Below are positions 22,750 through 27,388 of a stretch of DNA of 27,388 nucleotides, piece by piece. Location of the stretch: NCBI GenBank assembly GCA_024626585.2, contig JANKJI020000001.1, positions 12,591,747-12,619,134 on the forward strand, given 5' to 3'. The notes beneath the pieces are model-generated. The model was not told the DNA's origin and made no database searches. It saw only the letters and a list, made by a program, of their open reading frames with translations. The stretch comes from Ginkgo biloba. Its lineage: Eukaryota > Plantae > Ginkgophyta. Each line of letters starts with the position of its first letter. The stretch's first letter is position 1. Made by a program: the position numbers and the translations under genes.

Positions 22750-22957
22750 GAAGAACCCTGCTGAAAAGTGGGGTTCTTTAGGGTTCGTTGGGGTGTTGAT
22801 CGAGGTGCGCACCCCGATCAGCACCCAGGTTTGCCGGGGTGCAGCTGGGTGCACCCAGGCCGCACCGGGTGCGCCCGCAAGCGCACCCGACCCCCCACCC
22901 GGTGCGGGGTGTGCCTCGAGTTCGTAGACCCGATTGGCCGGGTGCGTGAACCCAGTA
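22750..22957. repeat. GC-rich GGGTGC/GCACCC inverted-motif cluster (likely DNA-transposon/MITE subterminal region)
   Basis: At least 8 motif copies in both orientations; perfect palindrome CTGGGTGCACCCAG 22845-22858; flanked by N gaps. Confidence 0.6.
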
Positions 22958-23712
22958 NNNNNNNNNNNNNNNNNNNNNNNNNNNNNNNNTCTTTGAATAT
23001 ATGTTATATTTTTTAATAAATGGAGTGCAACTCATTTACGCATATAAACACCTCCTTATTCTTGGGTTAAACACACAAATTAGATGGCATTTAACAATGT
23101 TACATAAATAGTAATCAAATCAAGATAAAGATCAAAGGCAATGAATGAATAAGAAATTTCATTACCATTGCATTACTCTACCACCATTGTTTGTTTTCAT
23201 ATTCTTCATCAACTTGATGATCCAATTCATTTTGCATATCATAAAAAATTTTAATCTACAAGGCATGTACACTGATTTTTAAATACAAGTGAATTTATTT
23301 TCCATTGTGTCTCACCAAAAATTGATGCTGACCATATGCTATCTTTCAATTTATCTTTTCGTTATTGCTTTGCATTTTTCTTTTGGATGTTCAAAACATT
23401 CAATGTACTTGCTAATTTTGAATGCATTGGGAGTTGGGGATAATGAGGAATGCTCGTCCTCTGTGACATAGATAATATATTTAACATTTGATGGTAGGAA
23501 TAGGAACGCATAGCATCATCAGGACAGTAGTGTAAAATGTGCTAGCAGCACTACTACCTGGAAGAATATATCATATTAAAGCTTACCATGGAGCTGTAGA
23601 CCTAGATTGAGTGGAAAGGCTTTTAGTTTTCTTAGATGTAAATTGACATCATGTTATCTACCAATTTGGCTTTGTGTTTAGCCTGGGCATTGAGTAAGTG
23701 TCAACTGTGCAG

Positions 23713-23807
23713 GCAGAGGAAGCTGTAAATGTAAAAAATTTGAGAAAGGCAATGGTTCCACAAGCAAGGCCAATGCCACTTTTTGACAGGCCTTTTGTTC
23801 CTCAAAG
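23713..23807 (+). CDS. TPX2: TPX2 exon O (AEEAVNVKNLRKAMVPQARPMPLFDRPFVPQR)
   Basis: GTGCAG acceptor, GTGAAC donor 23808 (phase 2); LRK.MVP.ARP.P.F core of the TPX2 C-terminal domain. Confidence 0.95.
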
Positions 23808-23929
23808 GTGAACATCCACATTACCATGCAATTTTCTTGTGTCCTTCTTTGAATGTTCATTTCAAACTAATAATAACAATCAAACAAATTTCATGACGAG
23901 TCAAGACCAACCATGAATTTTCTTGGCAG

Positions 23930-24041
23930 GTCATCTAGGGAGCTTACAAGACCACAATCTCCAAAACTTCGTGTTCTCCATCGGAAAGACCAAAGGCAAT
24001 CATTGACATCAAGTGTGCAGAAGCAATCCCAAATGCGGTGA
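23930..24041 (+). CDS. TPX2: TPX2 terminal exon P (SSRELTRPQSPKLRVLHRKDQRQSLTSSVQKQSQMR*)
   Basis: TTCTTGGCAG acceptor; T.P.SP.L motif; ends QMR-TGA like plant TPX2. Confidence 0.94.
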
Positions 24042-24592
24042 TGCTTTTACCTGATCCATTGTATGTTTCTTCTTTCTATGTGCCATCAATATGGAAGCAT
24101 TGGAATTATTTCTCTAGTTAATCTCCTTGAATATAAATGAGGCCCATGTGTACAAAGTTGAGAGGTAAATTGGTCACGTGAAGTGACATGATTTGTGCAA
24201 CATTTTGATCTCCTTGTCCTTGATTGGGGGTCTGTCCTCTTCATGAAGAGAGTGTTACAGATCAAACAAAGTTGTTGAAAAACTGCATGTTCAAGTAGAA
24301 TGCAATGTCCAAAGGATTATAACAGCATTGCAATCTATGATAGATTGTCTAAAGACAGCTTGTAACATATATTTGGAGAGATTGATCAGTCAATTTCAGA
24401 GGAAAGGAAAAAGATGTATAAAGTCTTGAACATGACTTTTATGTATGATCAATGATGATTCAGGTCCCATAAACCTGCTTTGTATGACTGGATAAGATTG
24501 ATTTCATTCCATTCCTCATTTGATTGATTATTGAAAAAAATCCATTTGCATCATTAACACATTCTTCTCCTTGTACACTTTACCCATCTCCT

Positions 24593-24650
24593 TCACAGAA
24601 TTTCTATCTTGCCAACTTCCTGGTCGTTAAAAGAGTTGACCAGTTCGCAC
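24593..24650 (-). CDS. Putative terminal exon of an unidentified convergent gene (CELVNSFNDQEVGKIEIL*, or VRTGQLF* ending at 24627)
   Basis: Minus-strand ATGCAG acceptor at 24651-24653; splices in phase with the 24857 exon; frame ambiguous. Confidence 0.5.
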
Positions 24651-24856
24651 CTGCATGCATCTGTGGATGAATTAAATCAAACATATTTTCTGAAGTTAAC
24701 TACAGCAGATCGGCAGGTCATTTAAGAAATCACCAATCTAATCAACTTTAATTTCTCTGAATCTTATCAGAATCACTTGCAAAATTCAGTGTGAAGTGGC
24801 AAGTAGTGTTACTTCAATTTGCTTTAATTTAATAACCGGTTGGAAGTGGCCCTTAC

Positions 24857-24929
24857 ATGGGTTTTGAATCTGATCTTCTCAGCCATCCCTTGAGCAGGCA
24901 GGAGGCGGCAGCAATGAGTTCTGAAGAGA
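24857..24929 (-). CDS. Putative penultimate exon of the convergent gene (LFRTHCCRLLPAQGMAEKIRFKTH or ELIAAASCLLKGWLRRSDSKPM)
   Basis: GC-richer island with a GTAAGG donor at 24856 and CAG acceptors giving starts at 24929 or 24920; two frames open. Confidence 0.55.
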
Positions 24930-25400
24930 CTGAAATTATTGTATCTGAACTATGGGTAGAAGTGTCAACGTACAGAACGAGCTTTACAAAGAGAATAGTG
25001 ACGAAGGCCTATACCAAGTTGAAATTGGAAAAGCCAAAAACATACGTTTTATTGACTATTTCCAGTCAAAAGCTGGTGGTCAACAGAAGTATATGACGCT
25101 ATGACGAGGACATATTCATTGGTACATATGATGAGAGAACTTGGGAAATGTTGAATATTATGTTGGCAACCATGATTGGCTGCAGTACTTAAGGCGGCAT
25201 CCATTAGGCAGTATACTTCACTGGCTTTGATGTCTGTCAGACGTCCAAGTATGTATTAAATATATGTACTATTAAATAGAGTAACTTCTGGACTTTTAGT
25301 CAATGCTGAGTACATTATAAGAATATCCCTAACACAATCCTGTTTCTATACTGAAGTATTACTCAACACAATTGTGTCTCAAATCAGAACGAGATTGCAC

Positions 25401-25449
25401 CAAAAAGCAGGCGAGGAATAGACATTAAGTTTTCTTTGATCAAAAAAAT
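25401..25449 (-). CDS. Possible further exon of the convergent gene (.FFDQRKLNVYSSPAF.)
   Basis: Strong acceptor CTTTCATTTCTTTTCCCAG; weak GTGCAA donor; the phase 2 end fits the LFRTH.. frame. Confidence 0.3.
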
Positions 25450-26811
25450 CTGGGAAAAGAAATGAAAGCGTCCTGGTGAGATGTAGAATTGCTGACTAAA
25501 AGGTTNNNNNNNNNNNNNNNNNNNNNNNNNNNNNNNNNNNNNNNNNNNNNNNNNNNNNNNNNNNNNNNNNNNNNNNNNNNNNNNNNNNNNNNNNNNNNNN
25601 NNNNNNNNNNNNNNNNNNNNNNNNNNNNNNNNNNNNNNNNNNNNNNNNNNNNNNNNNNNNNNNNNNNNNNNNNNNNNNNNNNNNNNNNNNNNNNNNNNNN
25701 NNNNNNNNNNNNNNNNNNNNNNNNNATGTTGATATGAGGCTAATATGTACAGCGTTTACAAAACAGACCTTGCCAAATAATATTGCAATGTTCAAGGACT
25801 ACATGATAATGAGGTCAGTTTCTCTTTGAAAGCAAGGTTATTCTCGCCAACTAATATGCTGTTAAAGGCCATGGCCCTTATTAAGCTATCATTGACATAA
25901 ATGATAGCTTCAAATTAAATAAGGGCATAAATGACATAATGCTTTTGAAAGCTTCAATNNNNNNNNNNNCACGCATTGGTTACTCACTGCCCATGTTTTA
26001 ATATTTTGTTTAAACTATATACATATAATAACAATAATTAATAAACTCAAAATAAAACTAAAGCATGATATTGAAATATTTTAAAGGAATCATAAATTAT
26101 ATAATTCAAAAAATAGAAACTAAATGTAAATATAAACATTGGAAGTTGTGGAAATAAATGAACGCAATTAATGGTGATAATGATTACATATTGTATATTA
26201 ATTTAAGAAATTTATATATAATATTCATATTATATTTACTTGACATCAACCTACTTTAATTAATCAAGGTATCTCATTATTGGCCTTTTTTTCTTAATAT
26301 GATTACCACATGTATCTCAATGATTCTCTTATCATTATATAGTGACAGTAATATTTATTTTGCAGTGAAAAAGCCAATAATAAGGGTGAATTTGTCACAT
26401 TAGTCTATTGTCAGTCGCATATAAACAAATTACTCTTTCAATTTTTCAAAGTTTGATATGGAGTTTTACTAAATTTAATCTCTTATAAAACCTTTCATTA
26501 CATAACAATTGAAGCCTAGATTAATAGGCTTATAGAAAGGTGGTTCAATTATAATTATTGGAACTAATAAAGGTTAAATAGTATTTGCAAGCCTTAAGCA
26601 TACACAAACATACATTCTCTCAGGGTATTGAGCAAATATTTAGAAAAGCATGAAGCATCTCCTAGGGGATATAGCCTATGACCTCTAAAATCTTTACCTA
26701 TTATATAATAGATAAATGAGTTATGTTGAATGATGAAAATTAATTTGTGTTAAGTGGTGATTCTGGCACCAAGGATAGTTAATAAAACTAAAAAGAGTAC
26801 AAAAGGATGAC

Positions 26812-26908
26812 TACTACATGTAATTATGACCCACTATTTTGAGTATCGTGGTTCCATCATGTATATACTACATGTAATTATGACCTACTATTTTTCATAA
26901 TGGTTCCA
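26812..26908 (+). repeat. 54-bp period two-copy repeat
   Basis: TACTACATGTAATTATGACC.ACTATTTT at 26812 and 26866, each followed by TGGTTCCA. Confidence 0.75.
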
Positions 26909-27388
26909 ACTAGTGATGATTTCCAATCCATCACATTGGCTTTAAGTTGTTTTTTTGAATTAAATAGTGAATAAAGAGTATACAGTATGAATCGTTTCAT
27001 GTTTTGTCATTGCATGTATTTTGATTGATTCATTCATGGGATTATGATCTTATGTCTTGAGTTCTAGTGGAACACATTAATAATGTAGGACAAACTGGTT
27101 TAGGTTGTGCACTTACTAGTTTTGGAGCCCGTTATATCTAGAATGTGTTAAATTGTTATGTTTATTGCTCTTGAGCATTAGAAAATTGGTCTCCTTTGTA
27201 TCAGGAGAATTCCTTAGGAGTATGAAGAAAATCTCATGGTCCATTTTAGGGTGGGCCAAGGGTTTTTCATGGGGTAACATGAATATAACTCTAGGGGTTT
27301 TTATATTGCGTCATTGTAATGGGATAGCAGATTAAGTTTGTGCCACATAATAAGACTCCTTTAAAACAGAATAGTAGAGTTGATAGAG

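Larger units (their letters stand above)
1971..24041 (+). other. TPX2: TPX2 gene span (5'-partial, 16 traced exons; possibly truncated or pseudogenised by stops at 12306/12312)
   Basis: Chain of GT-AG exons with compatible phases. Translation contains KRRKLEGG, LPHK, SPFVSVAEKVKRFQTKTP, KLTRPKPPELETAQRVRP, EEEMLAKIPKFKA.PLNKK, PKANPLPYTTD, PFELESLLRHEE, RMPLTEV.EF, LRKAMVPQARPMP.FDRPFVPQ and ends QMR*, colinear with plant TPX2 as recalled. Confidence 0.95.

Noticed and set aside
24857-25096. 79-aa + strand ORF
   Set aside because: Its ATG is the reverse complement of a minus-strand exon end at a GTAAG donor; no recognisable homology.

Overview
AT-rich, gap-ridden (many N runs) nuclear DNA from a land plant with TE-filled introns, plausibly a fern or gymnosperm (inference; the species cannot be read from the sequence). 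Most of the window is a + strand TPX2 (targeting protein for Xklp2, spindle assembly factor) gene. I traced 16 exons by hand from ~1971 to the stop at 24041; the N-terminal exons were not found and probably lie upstream. Three introns (6.9, 5.3 and 5.8 kb) hold decayed Ty3/gypsy and Ty1/copia LTR retrotransposon remnants. The most unusual feature is 9119-9352: an intron-less, stop-containing copy of the two upstream exons (2009-2145 + 2339-2435), joined exactly at the splice junction and running in frame into the next exon, after which normal introns resume. It lies just downstream of a same-strand gag remnant, across an N gap. One exon also carries two in-frame stops (12306, 12312) that look like C>T changes, and about 80 aa of conserved TPX2 sequence is missing. 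The 3' exons of an unidentified convergent gene appear at ~24593-25449 on the - strand. Several oddities could be assembly chimeras between the gene and a retro-pseudogene and need long-read confirmation. Comparisons with Arabidopsis TPX2 are recalled from memory, not from a search.
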